Below are positions 9,675-18,884 of a stretch of DNA of 64,000 nucleotides, one piece after another. This DNA is from an uncultured Gemmatimonadales bacterium (GTDB taxonomy: Bacteria; Gemmatimonadota; Gemmatimonadetes; Gemmatimonadales; GWC2-71-9). How positions within the stretch are numbered: the first letter of the stretch is position 1; every line of letters begins with the position of its first letter. The position numbers and the translations under genes were made by a program. The notes under the pieces are model-generated. The model was not told the origin of the DNA, made no database searches, and saw nothing but the letters and a program-made list of their open reading frames with translations. Location of the stretch: the NCBI GenBank assembly GCA_963844035.1, contig CAWJMT010000035.1, forward strand, positions 1 to 64,000, given 5' to 3'.

Positions 9675-10262
9675 ATGCATCACGTCGCGTGGTCCCGGGC
9701 CATCCGCATAGCACTCGCGATCGGCGTGTCGTCAGCGCTCCATGCCCAGACCGCTGCTCCGAGACGCGTGGCCATGCGCTTTCTCGTGGGTGCTGCAGTC
9801 CCGGTGGCACCCTCGCAGTTCCGCTCTGACTGGGCCCCGGGCTTCAACGCGCTTGCGTCCATTGGGTATCTGGTGTCGTCGCGTGTCGAGCTCGCAGTGG
9901 CCGTAGAGTACGGGTCCTTTGGGCCAGGGCATGCCCCCGCTGCACCAGCGCCACCTGCGGTGAAAACCACCCAATTCGCCACTCCGCTGTGGGGCGCCTG
10001 GCTCAACGGGGCCTTCACGGCGTCGTCGGCGCGTACGCGGCCACGCGTGCACCTTGGGGCGGGCGTCGTCGCTCATGGGGCGGCGCGCACCGCGCCCGCC
10101 GTCGAGATCGGAGTGGGTCTTGAGAGGTCGCTGGGCGCGCGGATCGGCGCGTATCTCGACGCCACGCTTGTGTACGCATTCACCACGGATCCAACGGGCC
10201 AAGCGACGATTGCCGAGGCGTTGTCGTACGCGCCGATCCGTCTGGGGTTCGTGTGGCGGTGA
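9675..10262 (+). CDS. Cassette-encoded outer-membrane beta-barrel-like protein
   Basis: GGAGG RBS, signal peptide (ALHAQ), C-terminal PIRLGFVWR. Confidence 0.65.
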   Translation: MHHVAWSRAIRIALAIGVSSALHAQTAAPRRVAMRFLVGAAVPVAPSQFRSDWAPGFNALASIGYLVSSRVELAVAVEYGSFGPGHAPAAPAPPAVKTTQFATPLWGAWLNGAFTASSARTRPRVHLGAGVVAHGAARTAPAVEIGVGLERSLGARIGAYLDATLVYAFTTDPTGQATIAEALSYAPIRLGFVWR

Positions 10263-10271
10263 CCTTGTGCT

Positions 10272-10374
10272 GCCTAACACGCGCTTGAAGCTGCCGGCGC
10301 CGTCTTAACTGTGGAGGCCATCCGTTTGTGAACGTTCAAGCATCGTGCGGCAGCTTAAGCGCAATCCGTTATGC
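10272..10374 (+). repeat. attC site (complete, short variant)
   Basis: gcctaac-acgc-gcttgaagctg ... cagcttaagc-gcaatcc-gttatgc. Confidence 0.88.
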
Positions 10375-10413
10375 GACCTGGTGGCGGCCACTGCGGCATC
10401 GATTGGAGGTAAT

Positions 10414-10989
10414 ATGACAAAGGACATGTTCCGTGACCGTGAGCGTGGCGAGGAGGCGGCCTATTTCCGTCAGCAGGATGCCAAGCTGATCGCGAAGCTA
10501 CGTCAGAAGGCCCAGTTGAGCGAGATTGCTCACGCGCTGGCGGAGAAACTTCACGCGGACGAACCGGCGCTTCTCGAGCGCATCCAGAAGCTCGGCGTCA
10601 CCCTCGACACGGGTTCGGCGTTCATCCTGGCGCCGCTGGTCGAAGTCGCCTGGGTCGATGGCAACGTCAGCCATGCCGAGCGTGACACCATTCTGAAAAT
10701 CGCGAGGCAACGCGGCGTGGCGCCGGGGTCTGCCGATCATCGTCAGCTTCTCGATTGGCTAGCCCACCGCCCATCCGACGAAGTCTTCCGGACGGCGTTG
10801 GAAGCGATCCGAATCGGCCTCTCCGTCCTTCCGCCCGACGAATTGGAACAACGGATCGCGGTCATGATCAAGGCGTGCGACGAGGTGGCGCAAGCTGCGG
10901 GCGGGATAGCCCAACTGCTCCACCTGGACGGAGTCTCATACGCGGAGAGCGCGGTGATCGCCGCGATCCGCCGCCATCTGGCAAAGTAG
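10414..10989 (+). CDS. Hypothetical protein, TerB-like fold possible
   Basis: GGAGG RBS; FRDRERGEEAAYF; LVEVAWVDGNVSHAERDTI. Confidence 0.7.
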   Translation: MTKDMFRDRERGEEAAYFRQQDAKLIAKLRQKAQLSEIAHALAEKLHADEPALLERIQKLGVTLDTGSAFILAPLVEVAWVDGNVSHAERDTILKIARQRGVAPGSADHRQLLDWLAHRPSDEVFRTALEAIRIGLSVLPPDELEQRIAVMIKACDEVAQAAGGIAQLLHLDGVSYAESAVIAAIRRHLAK

Positions 10990-11071
10990 GAAAACGGGCA
11001 TCAGGCTCGCAGGTCCGGCTGCAAAAGAGGTGTGAAAACAGACGGGCCGTCGACCATATCCAGGAGATCAC

Positions 11072-11626
11072 ATGAGGCTTGTACTCGTGTCCGTCGTGCT
11101 CTTCGGGGCGCTCTCTTGCTCGGATTCGTCCGGACCAGACATCCAGGGAAGCCTGTCGTTCACGTACACCGGCGCGGGAGGAGGAACGTTCAGCGCGTCG
11201 GGAGACGCGCCTTCCTTGACTGCGCCCCCGCCTGGAACGAGTTGGGCGGTGGGGTATGTGCAGGCAAGCGAGACTCACGTCGCCGGTTCCACGCCGCGGT
11301 CAGGTGTTCTTGTAGACCTCGCGATTCTCCGGCTCGAGCGCACGACCCCAGGCTCCGCAAGCGTCGACCTTGCGTGCGACCTCGACGGCAGCGCCAGCTG
11401 CACCGGAATGGAACTCCTTCTGAACTTCAACGGCAACGGCGACACGGGCGACTTCTTCTGCGGCTTGACGAGCGGAACGATCGTTCTCACGGAGGTAACC
11501 AGCAGCCGGGCCAAGGGCACGTTTTCGGGAAACGGCAATTGCATCGCCGGCACCGGAGGAACTTCCTCGGTGTTTTCGGTGAGCAATGGGGCGTTCGACG
11601 TCGCGTTGGTTGCGCCGCCCGGCTAG
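11072..11626 (+). CDS. Hypothetical lipoprotein
   Basis: AGGAG RBS, lipobox LSC, Gly/Ser/Cys-rich beta protein. Confidence 0.75.
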   Translation: MRLVLVSVVLFGALSCSDSSGPDIQGSLSFTYTGAGGGTFSASGDAPSLTAPPPGTSWAVGYVQASETHVAGSTPRSGVLVDLAILRLERTTPGSASVDLACDLDGSASCTGMELLLNFNGNGDTGDFFCGLTSGTIVLTEVTSSRAKGTFSGNGNCIAGTGGTSSVFSVSNGAFDVALVAPPG

Positions 11627-11641
11627 ATCAAGACCGTGGCG

Positions 11642-11668
11642 GCCTAACCGGCGCTTGGAACGGGCGGG
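11642..11668 (+). repeat. Truncated attC (left end only)
   Basis: gcctaac-cggc-gcttggaacgg 15 nt after a stop codon, cut off at the pomX-like stop. Confidence 0.55.
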
Positions 11669-12424
11669 CTAATGAGGTGGCGCGCGCCTCACCAGCGACT
11701 CAAGGGTCTCGAGCGCGGCGCCGGCCGCGGACAGGCGCTCCACTTCCGACGTGAGTTCCCGGCAACGTGCCTCGGCGCGCGCGCGACCAGATTGCGCCTC
11801 CTGCAGGCGCGTGTCCAGATCGGCCAGCTCTGCCTCCGCTTCTTGCAGCAGCGCCGCCCGGTCTTCGAGCCCGCGCAGTCCGGCGATCTCTTCGAGCACC
11901 TGGTCGCGTTCGGCGGCGAGCGCTTCTGCCTCGGCCACCGCCTCATCGGCGATCCGCCGCCGCTCCTCGGCCTGGGCCTCGAACGAGCCCCTAGCCCGGC
12001 GTTCCTTCTTCAGCTCGGCCTCGCCCCGGGCGAGCGCGGCGCGGGCCTCGTCCAGCTCCCCGGCCAGCCGGGACCGTTCCTCGATCGCGGACTCGAGCTT
12101 GGCGCGCAACAAGTCGATCAACTCCCGCACGGCCGCCGCGGTCTGCTGAGGCTCGGCCTCGCCGGCGGACCCGCGCGCGGTCGCCGCCAGTCGCTCCCGC
12201 AGCGACGCGGTCCGCTCCCGACCGCTCTTCCCGCGCGCGACGCGCGGGCTCGGTTGCGGAGTTGCCGGCGGAGGCGTGACGTCGGGCGTCGGCGCGAGGA
12301 CGACCGACTCGATACTGGTGGGCGGCGTCCCGTTTTCGGAGCCGGCCGTGAGCTCGGTGAGCACGCGGGAGATCGGCCGCGGCTTACGGGCTGGAACGTT
12401 GGCGTCGAAACCGCGTGTCGTCAC
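11669..12424 (-). CDS. pomX: PomX-like coiled-coil ATPase-activating protein
   Basis: GTG at 12424 overlaps the upstream TGA, with GGAG RBS; N-terminus RGFDANVPARKPR; Pro-rich linker; long C-terminal coiled coil. Confidence 0.7.
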   Translation of the reverse strand: MTTRGFDANVPARKPRPISRVLTELTAGSENGTPPTSIESVVLAPTPDVTPPPATPQPSPRVARGKSGRERTASLRERLAATARGSAGEAEPQQTAAAVRELIDLLRAKLESAIEERSRLAGELDEARAALARGEAELKKERRARGSFEAQAEERRRIADEAVAEAEALAAERDQVLEEIAGLRGLEDRAALLQEAEAELADLDTRLQEAQSGRARAEARCRELTSEVERLSAAGAALETLESLVRRAPPH

Positions 12425-13386
12425 GCGCTCTTCTCCATCGCGCGCTCGAGGCGCGCGCTGATCATCAGGCCGATGAGAGCGTCGATGTCCTTGGCGCCCT
12501 TGCACGATGGCGCGAAGGCATTGACGGGCAGGCCCTCGCTGGATGCCTGCGCGAACTGCGTGCATTGCCGCACGACCGCGTCCGACAGGAACTCGCGATA
12601 GTGCGTTTCCAGCGCCGCTTTTGCCTCGCGCGCGATCCTGGTCGTGGGGTTGTATTGATTGATGACGATCAGGATCCGCTGCAGCCGGTGGTTCAGATCG
12701 TCCTCGAGTTGGCCCAGGGTCTCGAACAGCAATTTGAGACCGTGAAACGACAGGAAATCCGGGAGCACCGGGACGAGCAAGTCATCGGAGGCCATCAACG
12801 CATTGAGGTTCAGGAGCCCGAAGGAGGGCGGGGCATCCATGACGATGAAATCGTAGCGATCAGACACTCGGGCGAGGGCCCGCTGGAGCTTGTACTCCCG
12901 CCCGGCCATCGGCATGAGACTGATGTCAATCGTCGTCATCCGCAGGTTGGCCGGGAGCACATCGAACTCCGCCAGCACTGTTCCCACGATCACGTCTTCG
13001 ATCGGGACCCCGCCGACCATCACGTCGAAGACCGTGCGCTCGAAATTCTCGCCGGCGAGGCCCAGATGCCGGGTCGCGTGCCCCTGCGAATCGAGGTCGA
13101 TCAAGAGCACCCGGTGGCCCATTTCTGCGAGCCGGTAGGCGTAGGCCACGGAAAGGCTGGTCTTGCCGGTGCCACCCTTGAAGTTCAGGAAGAGCTGGCG
13201 GCGCAGCGGCTCCCGGCCAGGGTAGCAACCCAACACTCTGCGGTACGCCGACAGGTGTCGCGGCTGGTAGGAGTCGGGTCCGCCGCCCAGCCGTTTCAGC
13301 TCGGCCAGTTTGTCGGCGTCGGTGAGCAGCGTGTCGGTGAGCCCCAGGAGCTTGGCAAAGTGCCTGCGCTGGTAGTGGATCTCCAC
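12421..13386 (-). CDS. pomZ: ParA/MinD ATPase, PomZ (AgmE)-like
   Basis: RRQLFLNFKGGTGKTSLS, VLLIDLDSQGHAT, LMPMAGREYKL, DAPPSFGLLNLNALMA, DFLSFHGLKLLFET, RQCTQFAQASSEG; ~60-aa N-terminal extension. Confidence 0.85.
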   Translation of the reverse strand: MEIHYQRRHFAKLLGLTDTLLTDADKLAELKRLGGGPDSYQPRHLSAYRRVLGCYPGREPLRRQLFLNFKGGTGKTSLSVAYAYRLAEMGHRVLLIDLDSQGHATRHLGLAGENFERTVFDVMVGGVPIEDVIVGTVLAEFDVLPANLRMTTIDISLMPMAGREYKLQRALARVSDRYDFIVMDAPPSFGLLNLNALMASDDLLVPVLPDFLSFHGLKLLFETLGQLEDDLNHRLQRILIVINQYNPTTRIAREAKAALETHYREFLSDAVVRQCTQFAQASSEGLPVNAFAPSCKGAKDIDALIGLMISARLERAMEKSA

Positions 13387-14513
13387 TAGGACGCTCGCTG
13401 CACGATGCCGGTCTCCGAGCGCCCGGGGTCTTGGGCGCGAAGGATCTGAAGGACGATGCGCCGCACCTGGGGGTCGGGATCACCGGTGAGCGGCTCGAGG
13501 AGCGGGCGCAGGGCCACCCCTCGCGCCGCGGCCGCGGCGAGCACCGCGCGGCGGCGAACGTGGGGGTTGGCGTCGGCGATCCCCCACCGGATGTGGGGCT
13601 CGAGCCGCACCGGGTCCCGTTGCAGCAGCCGGCCGAGCGCGTGGTACGCCGCGGCGCGCACGATCGGATCTTCTGCGGTGGCCCAAGGGCGAACGGCGTA
13701 GAACGCGTCGTCCCCGCCACGGCGGCCGAGACGGAGGAGCAGATCCACCTGGTCCTGTGGGCGCTCCGCCGCCGCCAGTGCCGCGACCAACCCGTCCGCA
13801 GGGGGACGCTCCGGCGTCACCGCGGCGGCAGCCGGCTCAGTGAGCTCCAGCATCTGTGGTGGGGTCGTCGCCTGGTCGAGCTGCTCGCGCAGGGCGGCCT
13901 CGCGGCGCTCTCCCAAGGCGTTGTCCCGTTCGAGGTCGAGGAGGGCGCGGCGCAGACTGCCGATGAACTCGGCAAGATCTACGGCTTCGGTGTCGCCGTG
14001 GCGCACGGAGCGTTGCCACTCGACCACCCGCGTGAGCAGGGTCTCGCGGGATGCCACCAGCTCGTCCACGCGCGCTCGCAGCTGCGAGGTCGTCTGTTCG
14101 CTGCCCGCGATACGCTCCCGGGCGGCAGCCGCTTCCCGCCGCAGGCGCACCAGCTCCTGCGCGTCGTCGCGCGCCTCTGACTCGAAGACATGTCCCTGCA
14201 GGTTGGCGCGCAGCGCCTCGGAGTGTTCCAGTCGCCGGTGTAGGGCGGCGACCTCCTCACGGGCCTGGGCGACCTCGCCCTGGAGCCGGCTGAGACGCTG
14301 AGTTTCGCCGACCTCACGCGCGGCGGCCTCGGCGAGGCGAACGCGGGCCAAGTCCGCCTCGGCGCGCGCCTCGTCGAGCGCGCCGCGCAATTGCTCCAGC
14401 CGGCACTCGAGCAGTACGGTCCGGTCCGAGCCGGCGGGCGGAGCCGAGCCCGCCGAGAGGCTGCCTCGACGCGGAGCCGTTACGCCTTCTCGCAGGGCAA
14501 GACCATGTATCAT
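13386..14513 (-). CDS. pomY: PomY-like coiled-coil + HEAT-repeat protein
   Basis: Long heptad region, then HEAT-like repeats (EDPIVRAAAYHALG, DANPHVRRRAV, DPDPQVRRIV); stop overlaps the pomZ start; exact start uncertain. Confidence 0.68.
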   Translation of the reverse strand: MIHGLALREGVTAPRRGSLSAGSAPPAGSDRTVLLECRLEQLRGALDEARAEADLARVRLAEAAAREVGETQRLSRLQGEVAQAREEVAALHRRLEHSEALRANLQGHVFESEARDDAQELVRLRREAAAARERIAGSEQTTSQLRARVDELVASRETLLTRVVEWQRSVRHGDTEAVDLAEFIGSLRRALLDLERDNALGERREAALREQLDQATTPPQMLELTEPAAAAVTPERPPADGLVAALAAAERPQDQVDLLLRLGRRGGDDAFYAVRPWATAEDPIVRAAAYHALGRLLQRDPVRLEPHIRWGIADANPHVRRRAVLAAAAARGVALRPLLEPLTGDPDPQVRRIVLQILRAQDPGRSETGIVQRAS

Positions 14514-14698
14514 CAGTATAGCAAAACGCGTCAGTCCGCGAAACCCATGAGGTCAAGTCAAGTCCCCTGAACCGGGCCCACCGGCCAGGTTTGGATTACT
14601 TGGTGCGGTGATCGCGCCAGCCGTCATATTCGGGGTGGCGACCCTTTGGCCCGTGGTTCTCGGCGGGCACGCTCGTTGACTCCTCCGGCGGTGGGGGA

Positions 14699-14840
14699 GC
14701 CTAACAAGCGCGTGAAGCTGTCGGCGCGGTCGCTTCGAGGTAGAATTGCAGTTGTGCGCCAGCGTATCATCTGTGAGCGGCTTGATCACCGGGGCGCCCG
14801 GCTGGACGGGGCGCCGCAGCTTACGCGCATTCCGTTAGGC
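14699..14840 (+). repeat. attC site (complete, main family)
   Basis: gcctaac ... cagcttacgcgcattccgttaggc. Confidence 0.93.
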
Positions 14841-14969
14841 AGCACACTCCAATCCTTGATGTTTACTTGACGGTGTCATGCAATGCTTCCGGGCACCTCG
14901 TTCGGAGCATTGCCCATGACTGCGAAGCGCGCTGTTCTCCCGCTTGGTTTAACTCGGCGGGCGGGTTGT

Positions 14970-14996
14970 CCGCGGCTCATGCGCGATCCGTTAGGC
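14970..14996 (+). repeat. attC remnant (right end)
   Basis: gcggctcatgcgcgatccgttaggc; continuation gttaggcagcg is complementary to cgctgcctaac at 15375. Confidence 0.7.
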
Positions 14997-15008
14997 AGCG
15001 GCCATACC

Positions 15009-15371
15009 ATGCGATCTCTAACCTTACTCGTGGCCAGTCTCGCCCTGCTTGCCCCGGTCTCTGCGTGCGGCGCCGGCTGGCAGCGACTACCGGCCGTCAC
15101 ACCCGGGGCTTTCGAGCCCCGTCAGCAGGTGCAGATTTGGCATGCCGGGACCGTCTCCCGCTGGCATGCTGTGGTGATCGGCCCCGACTCAATTTCCGGA
15201 ATTCCTTACTATAAGGTGGTGGACTGCGATAGCTGCCGCACTCGCGTACCTCGCAGCGTCGTGGACTCCATTCGCGTCGGGGATCCCGTCGCAGGGTTCT
15301 GGAAATCTGTCGGACTCACTCTTGGGCTCATGTTCGCCTTCTGTTACGCGACGTGCCCCAGGGGGGATTGA
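15009..15371 (+). CDS. Cassette-encoded hypothetical lipoprotein
   Basis: Signal peptide with SAC, CDSC motif, C-terminal TM; bounded by attC ends. Confidence 0.7.
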   Translation: MRSLTLLVASLALLAPVSACGAGWQRLPAVTPGAFEPRQQVQIWHAGTVSRWHAVVIGPDSISGIPYYKVVDCDSCRTRVPRSVVDSIRVGDPVAGFWKSVGLTLGLMFAFCYATCPRGD

Positions 15372-15378
15372 GGGCGCT

Positions 15379-15519
15379 GCCTAACAAGCGCGTGAAGCTA
15401 GCGGCGCGGCCTCTTCGAGGTAGAATTGCGTTTGTGCGCCAGTCTTTGTCTGTGTGGGACTTGATCACTCGGGCGCCCGGCGGGGCGCGGCGCCGCAGCT
15501 TACGCGCATTCCGCTAGAC
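15379..15519 (+). repeat. attC site (main family, core GTT mutated to GCT)
   Basis: gcctaac ... gcattcc-gctagac. Confidence 0.9.
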
Positions 15520-15539
15520 GGCGGCAAAGGGCGAGACCT

Positions 15540-16271
15540 GTGTCGAACGAGTTCGCGAACGTCTATCAGGATCAAGCTCGGGCCGACGCCTATGCGCAGC
15601 TCGAGTTTCCGGGTACCTACTTCCTAGCCTTTCGGGATCTGCCGACGCTGTTCCACGAGCACGTCCGTGGCCGGCTGGCACTCGACTTTGGCTGCGGGAC
15701 GGGGCGTTCGACGCGCTTCCTCCGGGGTCTCGGCTTCAGCCCTATCGGCGTGGACATTGCCGATTCAATGCTCGCTCGGGCGCGCGAGCTTGATCCGCGG
15801 GGTGAATACCGGCTGGTTGGGGATGGAGACTTGAGCGGACTGCCCGAGGCGACGTATGACCTCATTCTGTCAGCGTTCACGTTCGACAACATCCCGACGC
15901 TGGATCGGAAGGCAGCGTTGCTCGGAGCACTGCGGCTTCGCCTTAAGCCCTCGGGACGTCTGGTCAACCTCGTTTCAACACCCGACATCTACGTCCATGA
16001 GTGGGCCTCATTCTCCACGCGCGATTTCCCAGAGAACCGCTTGGCTAAGAGCGGGGGTCGCGTTCGCATAGTGATGTTGGATGTGGGTGATCGTCGGCCC
16101 GTCGAGGACATCGTTTGTTCAGACGAGGACTACGTGCGTCTGTATGCCGCCGCCGGGCTGGAGGTGGTCGCTAGGCACGACCCGCTGGGACAACCCACCG
16201 ATGGCATCGCCTGGGTCAGTGAGACAACGGTAGCGCCGTGGGCAATCTACGTCCTCGCGCGCGGTGCGTAA
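15540..16271 (+). CDS. Class I SAM-dependent methyltransferase (cassette)
   Basis: ALDFGCGTG, GVDIADSML, YDLILS. Confidence 0.9.
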   Translation: MSNEFANVYQDQARADAYAQLEFPGTYFLAFRDLPTLFHEHVRGRLALDFGCGTGRSTRFLRGLGFSPIGVDIADSMLARARELDPRGEYRLVGDGDLSGLPEATYDLILSAFTFDNIPTLDRKAALLGALRLRLKPSGRLVNLVSTPDIYVHEWASFSTRDFPENRLAKSGGRVRIVMLDVGDRRPVEDIVCSDEDYVRLYAAAGLEVVARHDPLGQPTDGIAWVSETTVAPWAIYVLARGA

Positions 16272-16286
16272 CACGCGCTTGCCGCC

Positions 16287-16427
16287 GTCTAACAAGCGCG
16301 TGAAGCTGGCGGCGCGTGCTCTTCGAGGTAGAATTGCGTTTGTGCCCCCGTCTCCATCTGTGGAGCGGTTGATCATCGGGGCGCCCGGCGGGGCGGGGCG
16401 CCGCAGCTTACGCGCAATCCGTTAGGT
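16287..16427 (+). repeat. attC site (complete, main family)
   Basis: gtctaac ... gcaatcc-gttaggt. Confidence 0.93.
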
Positions 16428-16447
16428 GCCTTTCCGAGGGTAACCCA

Positions 16448-17239
16448 TTGCAGGTAGCAAAGAAGCTCGTCCTCGTCACTGGCGCCTCATCTGGCATTGG
16501 AGCAGCCGTAGCTCACGGCATGGCCCGCCGTGGAGCGCGGCTCATTCTCGTGGCACGGGACCCTGCACGACTGTCGGCGGTTGCCAGAGAGCTCGCGTCC
16601 CTTCCGACCGAGGCCCACGTTTACGCTGCCGACCTCGCCGACCCGAAGGCTGTTGAAGCATTGGCCCACGACGTGAGCGCCCGGCACGGGACCCCCGATG
16701 TGTTGGTGAACAACGCGGGCGCTGGCCGCTGGCTCACGATCGAGGAAACATCTGCAGAGGAGCTCGAGCAGATGATGGCGGTGCCGTACTTTGCAGCATT
16801 CAACCTCACGCGTGCCTTCCTGCCGGGCATGCGGCGCCGGGGAACTGGCCACATCGTCAACGTCACCTCTGTGGCCAGTCGACTCGTGTGGCCAGGGGCT
16901 GCCGCGTATACGGCCGCGCGTCGTGCCGTCGTGGCGTTCTCTGAATCACTGCGCACTGAACTTGCGGGGACTGCCTTGAGGGTCACCGTCACCACCTTTG
17001 GCACCGTGTCAACACCCTACTGGGCCCACAATCCTGGAAGCGAGGACCGCCTCCCCCTCGCCGATCGATCAATACCACGGCTGACGGCCGAGGCGGCCGC
17101 AGAGGCTCTTTGCCGCGGCGTGGAGCGCGAGAGAGCCGAAGTCATCTTGCCTCGGCGCTTTCGGCTGCTGTTCCTTCTCAATGCCGTGGCTCCTAAGAGC
17201 ACGGCCCAGATACTTCGGCGGGGGTGGAAAGGCGCCTAA
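16448..17239 (+). CDS. SDR family oxidoreductase (cassette)
   Basis: VTGASSGIG, LVNNAG, YTAAR; TAA stop lies inside the attC R'' box. Confidence 0.9.
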   Translation: MQVAKKLVLVTGASSGIGAAVAHGMARRGARLILVARDPARLSAVARELASLPTEAHVYAADLADPKAVEALAHDVSARHGTPDVLVNNAGAGRWLTIEETSAEELEQMMAVPYFAAFNLTRAFLPGMRRRGTGHIVNVTSVASRLVWPGAAAYTAARRAVVAFSESLRTELAGTALRVTVTTFGTVSTPYWAHNPGSEDRLPLADRSIPRLTAEAAAEALCRGVERERAEVILPRRFRLLFLLNAVAPKSTAQILRRGWKGA

Positions 17240-17253
17240 CAAGCGCGTGAAGC
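17234..17253 (+). repeat. attC remnant (left end)
   Basis: gcctaacaagcgcgtgaagc, then similarity ends abruptly. Confidence 0.8.
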
Positions 17254-17339
17254 CTCCCTCAAGCCTCTTGGGCCTCTCTGCACTCCTGGGTCACCGAGCG
17301 TCGCGGTGAGGCGACGAACTCCGTGAAGAAACGAGGCCC

Positions 17340-18872
17340 GTGATGATCCGGCATCTGTCATACATCGTTCTTGTTCTGGTGCCGGCATGCACGCCGGACG
17401 TGGCACCCTCAGCGGCCGGGGACGCGGTCTTCTGTGCCACGATCCACCGAGACACGGCCGTTGGCCTGGCCCGGCAACTGCAGCCCGTGGAGTCCCTGAT
17501 GGCGCGTAAGACCGGCGCGTACGTGCTGGAGGACGGCGGCGGCGCCCTGATCGCACGCGCCTGGCTGAGCGAGTATGCCGACCACACTATCGACGTTCAG
17601 TATTTCATCTTCTCCGCGGACAACATTGGGCTCATTGCGGCAGACTATCTCGTCCGTGCGGCCGACCGGGGGGTCAGGGTTCGGGTGCTCGTGGACGACC
17701 TCCTGCTGGAGGCGGATGCCACGGTATTGCTGGCCCTCGACGCGCACCCGAATCTTGAGATCCGCATCTACAACCCCACTGTGAACATCGGGAAGAAGCT
17801 TCCGCGAAGGCTCTTCAACGTGATCACAGACTTCCGCGGAATCAACCAGCGGATGCACACCAAGACCTTTATCGTGGATGGACGCATCGTGATAACCGGG
17901 GGGCGGAACATCGCAGACGAGTATTTCGACTATGATCACGAGTATAACTTCCGCGACCGGGATGTTCTCCTCCTTGGCGGGGTCGCCACCCAGGTCGAGG
18001 CGGTCTTTGAGCAGTTCTGGAATGACGCGCTGAGCCGCCCGGTCGGGGAGCTGGTACACGCCTCGGCAGCGAATCGCCCCGATCCCGCTCGCCTCGAATG
18101 GCTGCATCAGTACGCGTGCAATCCTGCCAACTACTGGCCTCAGGTCCGGGAGCGGGTGAACAGTATTCCCGTTGCCTTTGAAGAGCTGCGGGCCTCCGGC
18201 AAGCTGCAGTGGCTCGACAGCGTGACCTACGTTGCCGATGTGCCCGGAAAGAACGATGGCAGTCGGGGTCTAGGAGGTGGCGGTGCCACGCTTGACGCCC
18301 TCATGGCTCTCGTGCAGCATGCCCACACTTCGGTCGCCATTCAGTCGCCTTACGTGGTCACGACGGACTTGGGTCGATCGGTCCTGCGCGACGCCGTCGA
18401 GCGCGGGGTCGAGGTCCGACTCCTCACGAACAGCCTGGCCTCGACGGATAACCTGGAGGCCTTCAGCGGCTATCAAAGGGATCGGGAGGCGCTGCTGCGA
18501 ACCGGCGTCCGCGTGTTCGAGTTCCGTCCCGACGCCGCCGAACGCGTGACGATCATGACGGGGGCACTGCCGCCGACGCTGACTCACCTACCCATCTTTG
18601 GCCTGCATGCCAAGTCCATGGTGATCGACCGACACATCACAGTGATCGGCACCTTCAACTTGGACCCGCGCAGCGCCAACCTCAACACGGAATGCATCAC
18701 GGTCATCTACTCGGACCGGATCGCGTCGGAGGTGCTGGCGGGAATGGAGGTGGAGTTCCGACCGGAGAACGCATGGGAGACTACGCTGAGTGCGAACCCC
18801 GATGCGCGCGCCGGCCTAATCAAGCGCATGAAGGCCTGGACTCGGCGCGTTGTACCCAAGAGCATACTGTAG
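17340..18872 (+). CDS. Phospholipase D family protein (ClsC/YmdC-like)
   Basis: Two HKD motifs: MHTKTFIVDG..GGRNIADEYF and LHAKSMVID..GTFNLDPRS. Confidence 0.92.
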   Translation: MMIRHLSYIVLVLVPACTPDVAPSAAGDAVFCATIHRDTAVGLARQLQPVESLMARKTGAYVLEDGGGALIARAWLSEYADHTIDVQYFIFSADNIGLIAADYLVRAADRGVRVRVLVDDLLLEADATVLLALDAHPNLEIRIYNPTVNIGKKLPRRLFNVITDFRGINQRMHTKTFIVDGRIVITGGRNIADEYFDYDHEYNFRDRDVLLLGGVATQVEAVFEQFWNDALSRPVGELVHASAANRPDPARLEWLHQYACNPANYWPQVRERVNSIPVAFEELRASGKLQWLDSVTYVADVPGKNDGSRGLGGGGATLDALMALVQHAHTSVAIQSPYVVTTDLGRSVLRDAVERGVEVRLLTNSLASTDNLEAFSGYQRDREALLRTGVRVFEFRPDAAERVTIMTGALPPTLTHLPIFGLHAKSMVIDRHITVIGTFNLDPRSANLNTECITVIYSDRIASEVLAGMEVEFRPENAWETTLSANPDARAGLIKRMKAWTRRVVPKSIL

Positions 18873-18884
18873 AGAGGCGCGCGC

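Noticed and set aside
12421..13386. ParA as a plasmid or prophage partition gene
   Set aside because: No parB, rep or phage genes are present; the motifs and neighbours fit PomZ.
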